From Azolla caroliniana (Eukaryota > Plantae > Polypodiophyta): a DNA stretch of 64,000 nucleotides. Below are positions 12,029 to 25,300 of the stretch, piece after piece. The stretch is taken from contig JBHGNT010000007.1 of the NCBI GenBank assembly GCA_043228905.1, positions 18,104,001 to 18,168,000 on the forward strand, read 5' to 3'. Both the position numbers and the translations under genes were made by a program. A model generated the notes under the pieces. The model was not told the origin of the DNA, did no database searches, and saw only the letters and a list, made by a program, of their open reading frames with translations. The stretch's first letter is position 1; every line of letters begins with the position of its first letter.

Positions 12029-13016
12029 GCGGTAAGGACCACGGTATACATCCAGAACCGGATCGGAGACAAAGTGTCGGTGCACGAGCTGTATTTCGGA
12101 ACGAAGCCGAACTTGCGACACTTGAGGGTGTTCGGTAGCATTGCGTATTTGCATGTACCGAAGGAGAAAAGGAGGAAGTTGGACGCAAAGGACGAGAAAT
12201 GCATCTTGGTCGGTTACTCGGACGAGCAGAAGGGTTATAAGTGCTATAACCCTCGTACCAAACAAGCGCGTGTCAGCCGCGACGTTGTGTTTGACGAGTC
12301 CGTGTCCTGGTACCAGCCCTCGACTCCAATCCGAGCTCTGACGATGAGGTCAGCGAGGCCGAGATGCCTCCGGATGAGCCCAAAATCGAGACCCGCGAAG
12401 AGAGTCCAATTTCACTCCGTTTAAGTGGACCGATTGGACGACTGAGTCGGTACGACCAGTCCGATGAAGAGCCGGCGAGTAGTGGAGACTCGGTCGTGCA
12501 TTCCCCGCGCAGGAAGCCGAGGAGACGGCTTACGCGCAAAGAGAAAGGGAAGAAGAAGGTGTCGGATTCTGGCACAAATAGGAACGAGTAAGACCGACAC
12601 GAGTCCGACTCCGAGGGAACCTGTGACGGGTCTTTAAAGGTGAAGACCGCGTCGACTGAGAAGGCCTCGACATCAGCTAATGTGAGATTACGCCGATCTA
12701 CCCGCCAGAAGAACCCTGTCTTGCGGTTCGGATACAACGAGTACATGGCGCATCATTATGCGTACATGACCCGTGTAGCGGAAGTGCGTGAGCCGGAGAG
12801 CTACGCAGAAGCGGCTAAAGACGCGAATTGGCGTGCCACGATGGAGGAAGAGATGCACGCATTGGCGGAGAACGAGACATGGGACCTGGTTGACGCACCA
12901 AAAGGGGTAAAACCGATCGGGTGTAGGTGGGTGTACAAGGTCAAGTACAACACCGATGGCTCGGTCAACCGGTACAAGGCTCGGCTAGTGGCAAAGGGCT
13001 ACGCACAGAAACACGG
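12029..13016 (+). pseudogene. Copia A integrase C-terminus, linker and start of RT
   Basis: HLRVFGSIAY, CILVGYSDEQKGYKCY, EPESYAEA, NETWDLV and YKARLVAKGY. Contains a frameshift and a stop. Confidence 0.9.
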
Positions 13017-13125
13017 TGTCGTAGTGTATTTTGTACACTACGTGAAAAACGTATATAGTATTAGATTCAATAAAAAATGAAGAAATAGAAGAAAATAGCA
13101 AAATAAATGGAACATGCATAGGGCA

Positions 13126-13179
13126 AGATTCGAACCTTGCACCTCCATGTTAATAATGTAATGTCTTACCATTACACTA
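13126..13179 (-). promoter_or_regulatory. tRNA-like Pol III A-box/B-box module in the C LTR (copy at 15914-15967)
   Basis: Minus strand TAGTGTAATGG and GGTTCGAATCT, 43 nt apart, with T-runs downstream. Confidence 0.65.
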
Positions 13180-13760
13180 GCATTTCATTAGTGTTAAAGC
13201 ATAGATGTCCCACATAGAAAGGTAAATTCACGCTAGGATAAACATTAGAAAAACGCATAACAAAAGAAAAAGCTACACATACACATCTAGCGTGCATGAT
13301 AAAAAACGCACAAGTTAGAAAAAAGCATGATCACTTTAGATAAAGCATATAGTCTATCTATAGGAAAAGCATGGGGTCTATAGTTAGAGAAAAAGCATGG
13401 ATTACTAAGACTTCCTCATCACTACATAAGGATGGGGAGCACAATGTAATTGTGTGTGAAATACTTGGAAACTGGATATGTTTCTAAAAAACACCAATTA
13501 ATAAACTATACTCGTGGGATTCACGAGGATTCTATATCATTCTCTTTTAACCGAAGTTTATATTCTTATATTCATATTGATTAATCTAATACAATACACT
13601 CGTGGGATTCACGAGTTTGCTATAACTCTTTCTTACAACATATTTATATTCTTATTAGCCTTAAAACTCTCTTCTTCCTAGTCCAAAACCTCGGCGGTTC
13701 CCACCCGACTCACGCAAACGATCCGGAGCCGAAAGGCACGACACAGTTGGTGAACCCGAC

Positions 13761-15803
13761 GTGAAGACGGGTGGCAAGGAGATGGAGAATCAACAAGAGG
13801 CGATGAACATGATGATGATAATGTTTGAGCGGATGCAACAAGAACAACGTGCGATGTCGGAGATGAAGGCGGCAGTAGAGCGGCTTCTGCGACGAAACGG
13901 GGAATTCAACGGTAAGGGTGTGTCACGCTACCTACGTGAATATAAGGCGGAGATGATGCAATATCGGATACCGGAAGGATTGCAAGTGATATCCTTTAGT
14001 CGGGTGGCCTCGGACGAACTACAAGAGAGAATCCACAAGATACAACAACAAAACTCGACATGGGAGTCCTTTGAAGAAGCTTTACGGGAGGCATATGACT
14101 ATGAGAGATGGACGGGACGATTTTGACGACAATTCGACGAATGGGTGGCGTCGGAGAAGACTCACCGAAGTGCAACGCAAGCGTTCCTAGAGTTCGAGCA
14201 TCGTTTTGCTCGACTCTCGGAGCGGGAACGAAGATTGGTGGGAGGAGATAAAGTCTTAATGTTCGTAAGATCGATCGATCGGAAAGAAAGGATGGACATT
14301 GGGATCGAACTCGAAGATGATGACGGTGCGAACGGTCTTACCGAGGATTGGGCCAAAGTCGAAAGGGTATGCCGAAGACATGATGAAAGGAAGCTGAGAA
14401 TCTCGTCAACAACGACATGGCCCATGAAGGATGGTCGATTGAGGAAAAACGATGAAGCCAATATGAAGGCCGAAATACAACATGATGGTACCACGGGAGA
14501 AAGAGTGGAACAAGCTACCCACTCGTCTTGTGAAAGAACGATGGCGAAGGATAAGGCCGATAATTCAAGTGTAGAAGGAAATTTCGGGATACAAGTGCCC
14601 GAGACATCGGGTCAAAAAGGGATAAGCATAATAGATGTTTGCATAATTGATGCAGATAAAGAGTGTGAAGCGGATGTGATTAAGGAGGTAGCCACAAAAG
14701 ACGAAATCGAATCGGAGGTGGCTATGGACGAATCAATGGCGGATTGCCATATCGAGACTTCCCCACCACTAATTCCAGAGACTCCGGCGGTTGCGATCGA
14801 AAGGCAACGTGAGACCGAAGAGACGGAAGGTGGCGGAGAGAAAACGAATGTCGAAGCCGACGAATACGATGAAGAGATAGCCGAGAAGAATGCTAAGGGT
14901 GAAACTACGAAAGAAGGTAATACCGAGGATTCATGCCAACAATATCTAGAGACTTCGGCGGTTGTGTCCGAGAACCAACGTGAGACCGGAGAGACGGGAG
15001 ATGGCGGCGAGGAAGGTAAAGTCGGAAGTCGGTTCGGATGGAAAATGATCCATCCGAAATTCCAATCTAAAAGAAAGTGCGACAATGCGGAGGTCGGGTC
15101 TACGACGGGAGAAGCGCGTAATACAGAGCACGCTCTACGGCGAATAAAGAAACGCATGTTATGGCGAATAAAGAAGCACGCGCTACGGCGAGAAAAGAAG
15201 CATGCATTACAACCACACGAGGACCGAACAACGAGCACATATCGGAGGACCTACGTGGCGAACAACGGAAAGAAGTGCTGAAAGTCGAACCGGACAAGGC
15301 AGGTGAAAACAAAGAAAAGAAAGCAAATCCGGACGAAAAGAAAAGAAAAGAAACCGACCCGAAAGAGCACTGAATCGGTAAAAACCGATCAACCGAGTCC
15401 GGATCGACCGAATACAAATCGGAAAGGAAGCCGAACTAAACGAAAGACGATCCGACGAGACCGAATCGGAAGTAAGCTAATCCGACTAAACCGAAAATCC
15501 GAAAAGAAGTCGAGATTGATGAAGAAAAGAAAGAGGGCAAGAAAAGATACTACCGCGGATGACAAGGACCAAGCGGGCCATGCAAAAAGCGAACGAAGAC
15601 TATGGTGGATCGGATGTCGACAATGGTTCGGGTGGAAAGAATGGATGTGCTCCAAATGGAGAGACAAAGTCAACATAACAAGAGAAGTCGAGGGTACTAC
15701 GAGCCGGAAACGAAACCAATCGGGTAGAGACCGGACGGAGGAGACTAACAAACACCAACAACTTCGGCACATACCGGAGGATGTGCGGGTTTGGAGGGGG
15801 TGA
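13761..15803 (+). pseudogene. Element C gag-like ORF with a long acidic then basic low-complexity tail
   Basis: ORFs 13761-14126, 14145-15281 and 15303-15803 share one frame, separated by two TGA codons. The N-terminus is homologous to B/H gag (GEFNGKGVSRYLREY; LEDDDGANGLTEDW). Confidence 0.8.
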
Positions 15804-16531
15804 GTGTCGTAGTGTATTTTGTACACTACGTGAAAAACGTATATAGTATTAGATTCAATAAAAAATGAAGAAATAGAAGAAAATAGCAAAATAAATGGAA
15901 CATGCATAGGGCAAGATTCAAACCTTGCACCTCCATGTTAATAATGTAATGTCTTACCATTACACTAGCATTTCATTAGTGTTAAAGCATAGATGTCCCA
16001 CATAGAAAGGTAAATTCACGCTAGGATAAACATTAGAAAAACGCATAACAAAAGAAAAAGCTACACATACACATCTAGCGTGCATGATAAAAAACGCACA
16101 AGTTAGAAAAAAGCATGATCACTTTAGATAAAGCATATAGTCTATCTATAGGAAAAGCATGGGGTCTATAGTTAGAGAAAAAGCATGGATTACTAAGACT
16201 TCCTCATCACTACATAAGGATGGGGAGCACAATGTAATTGTGTGTGAAATACTTGGAAACTGGATATGTTTCTAAAAAACACCAATTAATAAACTATACT
16301 CGTGGGATTCACGAGGATTCTATATCATTCTCTTTCAACCGAAGTTTATATTCTTATATTCATATTGATTAATCTAATACAATACACTCGTGGGATTCAC
16401 GAGTTTGCTATAACTCTTTCTTACAACATATTTATATTCTTATTAGCCTTAAAACTCTCTTCTTCCTAGTCCAAAACCTCGGCGGTTCCCACCCGACTCA
16501 CGCAAACGATCCGGAGCCGAAAGGCACGACA

Positions 16532-18399
16532 ACGGCATCGACTACGATGACACTTTTGCGCCGGTTGCGAAAATGACGACCGTCCGTGTTTTGCTCGCAA
16601 TAGCCGCGGCCAAAGGGTGGCACCTACATCAGATGGATGTAAAGAATGCGTTCCTGCAAGGTGACCTTGAGGAACAGGTGCACATGGTACAGCCCCCCGG
16701 ATTTCATTCTGGAACGAACTCCTTGGCAGTATGCCGACTGAAGAAGTCCCTTTACGGACTGAAGCAAGCCCCGCGTGCCTGGAACGCGAAGATCACGCAA
16801 CAACTGCGTCAGATGGGCTTCGTCACATCAAAATCGAACTCTTCCCTGTTCATCCAGAAAGGTCGACTCGGACCAGTTAGTATTTTACTATATGTTGATG
16901 ACTTGGTCATCACCGGTGCCGACCTACGTCAAATCGACCACGTGAAGCTCCAGTTTGCGGCATCGTTCGACATGAAGGATCTGGGGGACCTTCATTACTT
17001 CCTCAGGATCGAAGTGATCCGTACCCCCGAAGGCATATTGATCAGCCAACGTCATTACGTGCTGAGTATGCTCTTCAAATTCGGGATGGCCGACTGTAAG
17101 TCTGTCTCGACTCCTCTGGACAGAACCGTCAAGCTTCGTCCCGATACGGGAACGATATTCGACCCGACGAGGTTCCGACAAATTGTCGGAAGCCTCATAT
17201 ACTTGACCATCACCCGACCCGACCTCAGTTATCCGGTCAGAGTGATCAGTCAGTTCATGGCGCAACCTACTGAGGAGCACCTTCAGTGTGCGCAACGCAT
17301 ACTTCGGTATGTCAACGGCACTAAGGACCGGGGACTGCTATATCGAACCGGTGCAGCCGCACGGTTAGTCGGCTGCACCGATGCTGATTGGGTTGGCAAC
17401 GCCGCCGATCGCCGATCCACGTCCGGATACGCGTTCTCCCTCGGGAGTGCCGCGATCGCGTGGAGCAGTAAGAAGCAGCCGATAGTTGCACTGTCGAGCA
17501 CCGAAGCTGAGTACCGAGGAGCGGCTGTCGCGACATGCGAAGCCATATGGTTTAAGCGGCTACTTAAGGACCTGCAAGAGGAGGTGTCAGATCCGACGAC
17601 GATCAACTACGACAACCTCAGCAACATCCAGCTCGCGAAAAACCCCGTTTTCCACACACAGACCAAGCACATTGAGGTGCACTACCATTTCGTCCGTGAG
17701 CGTATCCTTTCCGGTGAAGTCGAACTTCAGTACGTGCCAACGGATCGGGAGACTGCCGACATCTTCACTAAGCCTCTTGGTCTGGACAAGTTGCGGCAAT
17801 TCTCCGGTGCGCTCAGATTGCGTCACCTCGACGTGCCAAACTTGAGGGGGAGAACAGTCCCGAACAACCAAGCAAAGCAACAGGAAAGGATCGGAGGCCG
17901 CGACACCGAGTCAGTTTACTCGGCTGTTGACTCGGTTGTCGAGTTCGACTTCGGATCGGCTGAAGAAGCCGAGGGCGGACCCGCGGGAAAGTCGGAAAGC
18001 GGACAGAAGGGGAGCAGCCGAAGGAGAGAGACGAAGCCAACCACGAATTGGGAAGATAACGCCATCGAGGGCGAGAAGACCGGAAACGAGTTGGAGACAG
18101 CCAACTCGGACGAGAGCGAATACCGATCGGAGGTAGCCGAGTCGGTTCGGATGTTTGATTCAGATACGCTGAATCAACCGAGGCCCAAGCGGAAGAAAAG
18201 GCAGCAGGAGAAGCGTCAACACCGCAACAGCAGAAGAGCTGATAAGGGCCGCATGAGCAGACAAGCCGACCGGAAGGGTCGAAGCGCTCGGAGTCGAACA
18301 GGTCGAGGAGCGCGAGCGAGGCGTGAAGCCAGGAGGAATCGGAGTTGTGAGCCCGAGGATCCCGACGAGCCTCGAGTTGAGCTTGAGGGGGAGTGTTGA
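16532..18399 (+). CDS. Copia A reverse transcriptase-RNase H with a C-terminal extension of about 180 aa (orphaned by upstream insertions)
   Basis: QMDVKNAFL, LYGLKQAPRAW, LYVDDL, DADWVG, SSTEAEY and ADIFTKPL. The open frame continues through the PPT into the LTR. Confidence 0.9.
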
Positions 18400-19527
18400 G
18401 AGACAAGCTCAACATCGGCCGGATCGGCTGAAGAAGCCGAGGACTGGATCTGTTGGGACCGATCGGTTAGGCCGAGTGCGTAAACCGGGAGGCCGTTAGG
18501 AAAGATATTCCGTGAGGAATATATTTGGGAGTTAGTGTAGGAGCTCTTAAAGAGCATTGAAGTACGGTCAGTACTTCAGTCAGTCCTTCGAGGACTTGTA
18601 TAAAAGTGTTCATGGAACACACGTATGTATAGAGTAGTGAATCGAGATTTATTGTTGTTGAATATAGTTCTTCTGTTCTCTCTCACTCTCTCTGTCTCTC
18701 CCGCGTATACTGCGTAAGCTCAAGCTCTCCATTAAACCTGAGTTTTCTTCCTTCCATTCCGTCTTCATACCTGCTTCCGCACGCTACTTTCTACATAAAG
18801 CTATAATGATAAAAATATAATCCCTAAAGAAATGGCTTGGCTTAATGGTAAGACTATTGCTTCTTATCTTGGAGATGCAAAGTTCAAGTCTTGCTTACAT
18901 CTTTTTCTTTTATGCACAAAATACTATTAGGCTTTTGGACCAAATATCTTTAAGACACCATGTACCGCGATCAGCTGACCCAACCGATCCATCTGATTTG
19001 CATCTGTTTGGTCCGGCCTAGTCCGCCTCCCGAGTCGCTTGCCGATAACCAGCCGGTCGCTGCTTGTTAGTCACCGGTTGCCGCCGGTTTTGGTTGGCCA
19101 AAACTATTTACACATAGCTAGGCCACAAAACTATTACAAGTAGCTAGGCCACACCCCCTCATCCAATTAGCTTAGTTCAAGTCACCTTGAACTCTCTATG
19201 CTCCACACATAAACATAAAGGTAATAGCTTTTGCTCTACCTTATATATGGTAAGATCCTTATTTGCCCTATCTATGTGGGATATCTCACAGTTTTATCTT
19301 TCCCTTTTCCTTTGCAAACTTCCTACCCTCATAACTTGAGACTTACATGTTTGTTTCTTATGTAGTAAAGTGCATTTGAAAGCTCTTGAAGACCTCCATC
19401 TCTTTTTGTTCTAAGATATTAAACTTATTTAAAATATTATTTTCACTATTATTGTTTTATATGATTCATACTCGATTTCGTATATTCCTCACAAGTTTCA
19501 CACTATTTGCCGAAAAACTTCATGACA

Positions 19528-21690
19528 TCGGTTTTCATTTGATGATCCGAAGTTCTTCACCTTCTTCTCCAACTCCCAGTCGGCAATGGTACTATCTTCC
19601 ATGAAGAATATATCCCAACTCCGGAACACCTTCTTGTTGACCAGATCCCATACTCGATATGTGAACTCATCATCGCCGTATCCAAGGAATATGCATGGCT
19701 AGGACTTCAGATCCAACTTTGCTCTCTTGTCCTTTGCAACATGCACATATGCGAGAAACTAGTCCATACTCTCTATGGTCCGTCCAAGGGCATTGAGGGT
19801 GATCTGTTTATCCCATACGTCGCCGTCATCAGCGCCTCAACCCAAAATGTCTTGGATAGCTTTGCATGTGCCAGCATGCTCCGGACTCTCTCCATCATAG
19901 TCTGGTTCATCTGTTCGGCCAACCCATTCAATTCTGATGTCGTCAGCAAGGTAAATTCGAGCCAGATTCCCTTTGACCGGCAGTCTCCTCGAACGACCCC
20001 CCGGTATTCTCCTTCGTTATCTGCTCGAACCGCCTTCAGCTTCCGACCGGTTTCTGTTTCCACTCTCGCATGGAGCTCCTTGAAGACAGACAGCACCTGA
20101 TCCTTCATCTTCAACGGTGAGACCCACAACTTCCAGTTGTGGTCATCTATGAACATCACGAAGAACTGCGATCTAGCTTGTGACTTTGTGTCCACTTCAC
20201 ACACATCGGTATGCACAAGCTCCAGTGGTGCATTCCGTCTCATTGGTCGTCTTGACCAGAAGGAGGTCCAGTTTTGCTTGCCAGCCAAGCAATCGGTGCA
20301 CTTCTCAACATGCACATCTTTCACCTCCGAAATGAGCTTATCTTCGGCAAGTCTTCTCATCCCCTTCTAGCTCATATGACACAATCTCTTGTGACACAGC
20401 TCACCAGCAGTGTCAGATGTTATGTTCACTTCTTCCCAGCATATCCAGGCATGCATCAAATATAATGTGTTGATCTTCCGGGCTCAAGCCACAATCAAGC
20501 TTCCCTTGCTGAACTTCATGACTTCGTTCCGGATGCTACCCATGTAGCCTTCATCATCTAGCCGACCGGCTGATATCAGGTTCAACCGAACCTCCGGAAC
20601 GTGTCTAACTTCTTTCAGCAACAATTTTCATCTAGTTAATGTCGTCAACAACACATCTCGTATGCTGATGATTTGGCAGGTCCTTCCTTCCCCATCCGGA
20701 CACAATTGTGATCTCTGGCTATGTAGGATGAGAAGCATCTCCAATCCGGTGTTAGGTGGAATGATGCTCTGGAATCGACAACCCATCTTGTCTCATCGGC
20801 GACAAGGTTTAACTCATTCTCCTCGGTAATGAGCATCAATTCTTCTTCACTTGTCGCGATTGCCAACATTCCCTTCTGATCCAAGCCTTTCCGGTCTGAA
20901 CCCTTCTTCGAATCGGCATTGTCAATTCCTTTCTCTTTCCCGAAATGCCGACAATTCTTCTGGAAGTGCCACAGCTTCCCACAATAGAAGCAAGTAGGCC
21001 TCCCCCTTGACTTCGACCTCGTCCCCGATTTGTCCTAGTTTTGGGGACTCTAATACCGGCCTCTTCCCCGGTATTGGTCATCTTCCGTTACCAAGGCCTT
21101 TGGATCGATTCCGGACTCTCGGTCCTTCAGGCGAGCTTCTTCATCTAGCAAGCTTGACTTTACCCTTGCTAGGGACAACTGCTTTCCTTCCGGCCCGGCG
21201 TTGCCCAACATGACAACTAACGTCTCCCAACTATCTCAGAGGGAACCAAGCAGGAGCAATGCGAGTACCTCATCCGCGAGAGGTCTACCGACAAGGTGGC
21301 TTGGTGTATTAGCCCCTAGAAGGCATTCATGTGCTCCGCCATACTAGAGTCGTCTTGGTACCGGAGCCTCCCTAACTTCTGGAATACTGAAACCCGATTA
21401 ATGGCATTTTTGTTCTGGAACATGATGTTGATCTTCTCCCAGAGTTCATGAGCCTTACTTTCTTCATTGAAGTTGTTCTACAAGCTCATGTCAATGAAGT
21501 GCCAGATGTACGTCGTTGTCTTCATGTGCATCACCCCCCATGTCGCGGCATCGATCTTATCTGGTTTCTTGTCCCCGAACTGTAGCGGCAACCAAAGATC
21601 TTTAACCACTAGCATGTCCCTCATCTTCGACTTCCACACTGAGTAGTTGGAGCCAGTGAGCTTGAACATGCGGCCGAATGACTCTTCCAT
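19528..21690 (-). pseudogene. Copia D gag-protease-integrase remnant
   Basis: MFKLTGSNYSVWKSKMRDML, WVVDSRASFH, LELVHTDVC, LNGLAEQMN and FWVEALMTA. Multiple stops and frameshifts. Confidence 0.88.
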
Positions 21691-22359
21691 TTCCTGTATT
21701 GTTCGCTCTGATACGAGTTTGTGCGGAAATAACGCTTGACCACAACCGGGTCTTAAAACAATGAATGGAAGAGAACAAACTCAAGCAGAGAAGACACAGG
21801 ATGTTTACGTTGTCGTGGAGAAAACCGCCCCTAGGAGGAATCAAGGGGAGGAGGCGTGACCCAATCCTTCTCGTGTGTGTGTGTGTGTTTATGAATTGTA
21901 CATAGCTAGGAATAGATCGGTTGATGTACATATGTACTAGGAAGGGTATTAATTGTCTAGGGAATCGATGCGTATCTCTGTCCGAAAGGACATAGAATAA
22001 ATTTGATAAGTTTTGATGTAACGGTCTCCTCGGCAACCTATAAAAGGGAGGGGAGAAGAGGAATATTATATCGCGTTTTGGTGAGGAAGAAGTGTTGTCG
22101 GACTGGGGACCGAGCTCTCTCCTCCTCAACCTTTGCTCTCCACTACGTTTCTGCGTCGGTTGCCTCTGCTACGTGTAAGCACGTGTGCTTCCAACAGAGG
22201 CTCCACTGTGCGCTCTCTGTGTCGTCCGTGTGTGTGCGTGGGACCTCCGTTTTGGGTCTCTTGCCAGTTTGCTGGTTGTAATCGTTGTTGACATAGTAAT
22301 TGAATCTTCTGTTCTCGTCTCTCTCCCTGTGTTTCTATGGATCGTTCTCCCTCTTCTTT

Positions 22360-25300
22360 TCATAGGAATACACGCTCCCGAAAAACAACGCTTGGCCACA
22401 ACCGAGTCTAGGATCAAACACAGAAAAATGGGTAATGTACACATGACATAGTAAAGAGAAGAGTACACAAGATGTTTACGTGGAAAACCCAAACTAGGGA
22501 AAAACCACAGCAGTCCACAGATTGCAAATAATCACTTTGTTACAATATACAATAGATGAACACAGAGGCAACGACCTCTTGTTCACTGTCTTCGCCACAA
22601 GCGGCGGTTACAACAGAGACAACGTCCTCTTCGTCTCTCACTCTCTCTCTCTGTACACGGTTGCACTCAAATCTTGCACCAACAAGAATGACAACTACTA
22701 CACACTAAATTTGCCCTAAGTCATATTTATACTAATATGACTTTTCGGCTATTTACAAATATAGCCCCAATGGACTCTCAGAAACTTATTTGCGAATATG
22801 TCCCTTCATCCGGTGAGCACTCCTCACCGGGCCTGCATCATCCGGCTCTTGCCAGGCACTCGTCATCCGGTTCTCACCGGGCCTTCACCATCCGGCTCTT
22901 GCCGGGCAGTCGTCATCCGGTTCTCACCGGGTCTTCCGTTGCCGAGTACTCCTATCCCATCCGCAGGGATTTGTTTCCTAACAAACTCCCCCTTCACTCT
23001 GGCATGGGATGTCTTACTGGTCCGATCCGCTTCCGACATGCATCCAACTTGTCGGGTATCAGTACTTTGGTCAGCATATCTAACCCGTTCTCGGCCGTGT
23101 GGATCTTCGTCAGCGTGAACTCTCGATCTTCTACTCGCTCCTAGATTCAGTGATACCTATGCTGGATATGTTTCATCCTGGAATGCTACGCTACGTTCTT
23201 AGCAAGGTAGATGGCACTTTCACTGTCGCAATAGAGCTAGCATTCATCTTGTCGGATACCGAGCTCTCCGATGAAGTCCTTCATCCATAATATTTCCTTG
23301 GCGAATTCAACAGCCACCATGTACTCCGCCTCCGTGGTTGACAACGCAACCGTCTTCTGTAGCCTCAACTGCCATGAAACAGCTCCCCTTGCATATGTCA
23401 TTACATACCCGGATGTAGACCAGCTGGTATCCACATCAGCCGACATATCCGAATCGGCTACTTACAAATAGAGCCACGATGGACTCTCAGAAACATATTT
23501 ACGAATATGTCTCTTCATCCGGAGAGCGCTCCTCATCGGGCCTGCATCATCCGGATCTTGCCGGGCACTCGTCATCCGGTTCTCACCAGGTCTCCACCAT
23601 CCGGCTCTCCGTAGCCGGGTACTCCTCATCCGGTTCTCACCGAATCTGCGCCATCCGGCTCTCCGTAGCCGAGTACTCCTCATCCGGTTTCCCATCTGCA
23701 CTGTTCTTCTCCCTTCCCATCCGGAGGGACCTGTTTCCTAACAAACTCCCCCTTCACTCCGGCATGGGATGTCTTACTAGTCCGATTCGCTTCCGGCATG
23801 CATCCAGCTTGTCGGGTATCAGTACTTTGGTCAGCATATCTGACCCGTTCTCAGCCGTGTGGATCTTCGTCAGCGCGAACTCCTGGTCATCTACTCTTTC
23901 CCGGATCCAGTGATACCTTCGCTGAATATGCTTCGTCCGGGAATGGTAGGCTGCATTCTAAGCGAGGTGGATGGCACTTTGTCTGTCGCAATAGAGCCGG
24001 TATTCATCTTGCCGAATACCGAGCTCTCTGATGAAGTCCTTCATCCATAATATTTCCTTGGCGACTTCAACATCCACCATGTACTCCGCCTCCGTGGTTG
24101 ACAACGCAACTGTCTTCTGTAGCCTCAACTGCCATGAAACAGCTCCCCCTGCATATGTCATTACATACCCGGATGTAGACCGGCTGGTATCCACATCAAC
24201 CGACATATCCGAATCGGTAAAACCGTCAAGTTGAGTTTTACCGGAGCTGAATCAGAGACACATATTCGAAGTGCCCTTCAAGTACCGGAGTATACATTTG
24301 ACCGCGTTCCAGTGCTCCTTGTCGGGATTGCTCATAAACCGGCTCACCACTCCGACTGCGTATCCAATATCCGGTCGAGTACACACCATTGCGTACATTA
24401 AGCTCCCGAAGGCAAAGGCATATGGAACCTTCATCATATCTGCCTTCTCTTCTTTCATCTTCGGGCTTTGCTTACCAGATAATCTGCAGTTTGCCGAAAG
24501 TGTCAATCCGACCGGTTTCGCGTCTGACATGTTGAACCGTTGAAGCACCTTTGTCACGTACTTCTCCTGTGACAACCACAATTGCTTCTTTGGCCGGTCC
24601 CGGATGATATACATCCCCAGCATCTATCTTGCCGGACCCAAGTCTTTCATTGCGAAAGTTCGATTGAGAGCCTTCTTCAGCATCCGAATTTTGGCTTGGT
24701 CCTGTCTGACGATCAACATGTCGTCCACGTACAGAAGGAGTATCAGGAACTCGCCTCCTTTGAACTTCTTCACAAACACGCAGTGATCGGCTTGCGTCTT
24801 GTGGTACCCTTGATCGGTCATGAAGGAGTCGAACTTCCAGTACCATTGTCGGGAGCCTGCTTCAGTCCATACAGGCTCTTCTTCAACCGGCAAACCAGGT
24901 GCTCCTTCCCTTTCTCCACAAATCCTTCCAGTTGCTGCATGTAGATCTCCTCTTCGAGGTCACCGTGAAGGAATGTCGTCTTCACGTCCAGCTGCTCCAC
25001 CTCAAGGTCCATGCTTGCCGCTATACTGAGCACCATCCGGATGGATGTCATCTTTCCTACCGGGGCAAATATCTCGTCGAAGTGCACGCCCTCCTTCTGC
25101 TAGAACCCCTTCACCACGATCCTAGCTTTACATCTGGAAATCTTCGGGGGGGCCTTCTCTCTCTAAGAGGATGTCTCCGTTTTTTACCTTCAGCAACCGG
25201 CTCCACTATTTGATCTTCATCTGAATCCAATTCGGGGTTCCTCTACTCCTTCTGCCGGTTCGGTATCCTCACCATAACCGGCTGGTTCCTCGAGTGTCAA

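Larger units (their letters stand above)
13017..16531 (+). mobile_element. Element C: non-autonomous gag-only LTR retrotransposon (TR-GAG-like) of the Trp-primed lineage
   Basis: Near-identical 727-bp LTRs at 13017-13743 and 15805-16531. Perfect 4-bp TSD ACGG. PBS-Trp at 13748-13765. No PR, RT, RH or INT. Confidence 0.93.
1840..18795 (+). mobile_element. Copia A: full-length Ty1/Copia element (non-Tork lineage) interrupted by B and C
   Basis: LTRs at 1840-2258 and 18394-18795 (TGTTGAGAG...TTCTACA). TSD TAAAG (1835-1839 / 18796-18800). PBS TGGTATCAGAGC at 2259-2270 and PPT TTGAGGGGGAG at 18383-18393. Domain order is gag-PR-INT-RT-RH. Confidence 0.95.
743..19527 (-). mobile_element. Solo LTR S of the tRNA-Trp-primed Gypsy lineage (related to the B LTR), split by two Copia insertions
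   Basis: Minus-strand ends are TGTCATGAAG (19527) and TCACGACA (743). Segments 743-1004, 1641-1839 and 18796-19527 are colinear with the reverse complement of B LTR 4318-5287. No matching TSD. Confidence 0.85.

Noticed and set aside
14145-15803. env-like gene in element C or in the Copia A extension
   Set aside because: No hydrophobic transmembrane segment or signal peptide. Both are highly charged and low-complexity.
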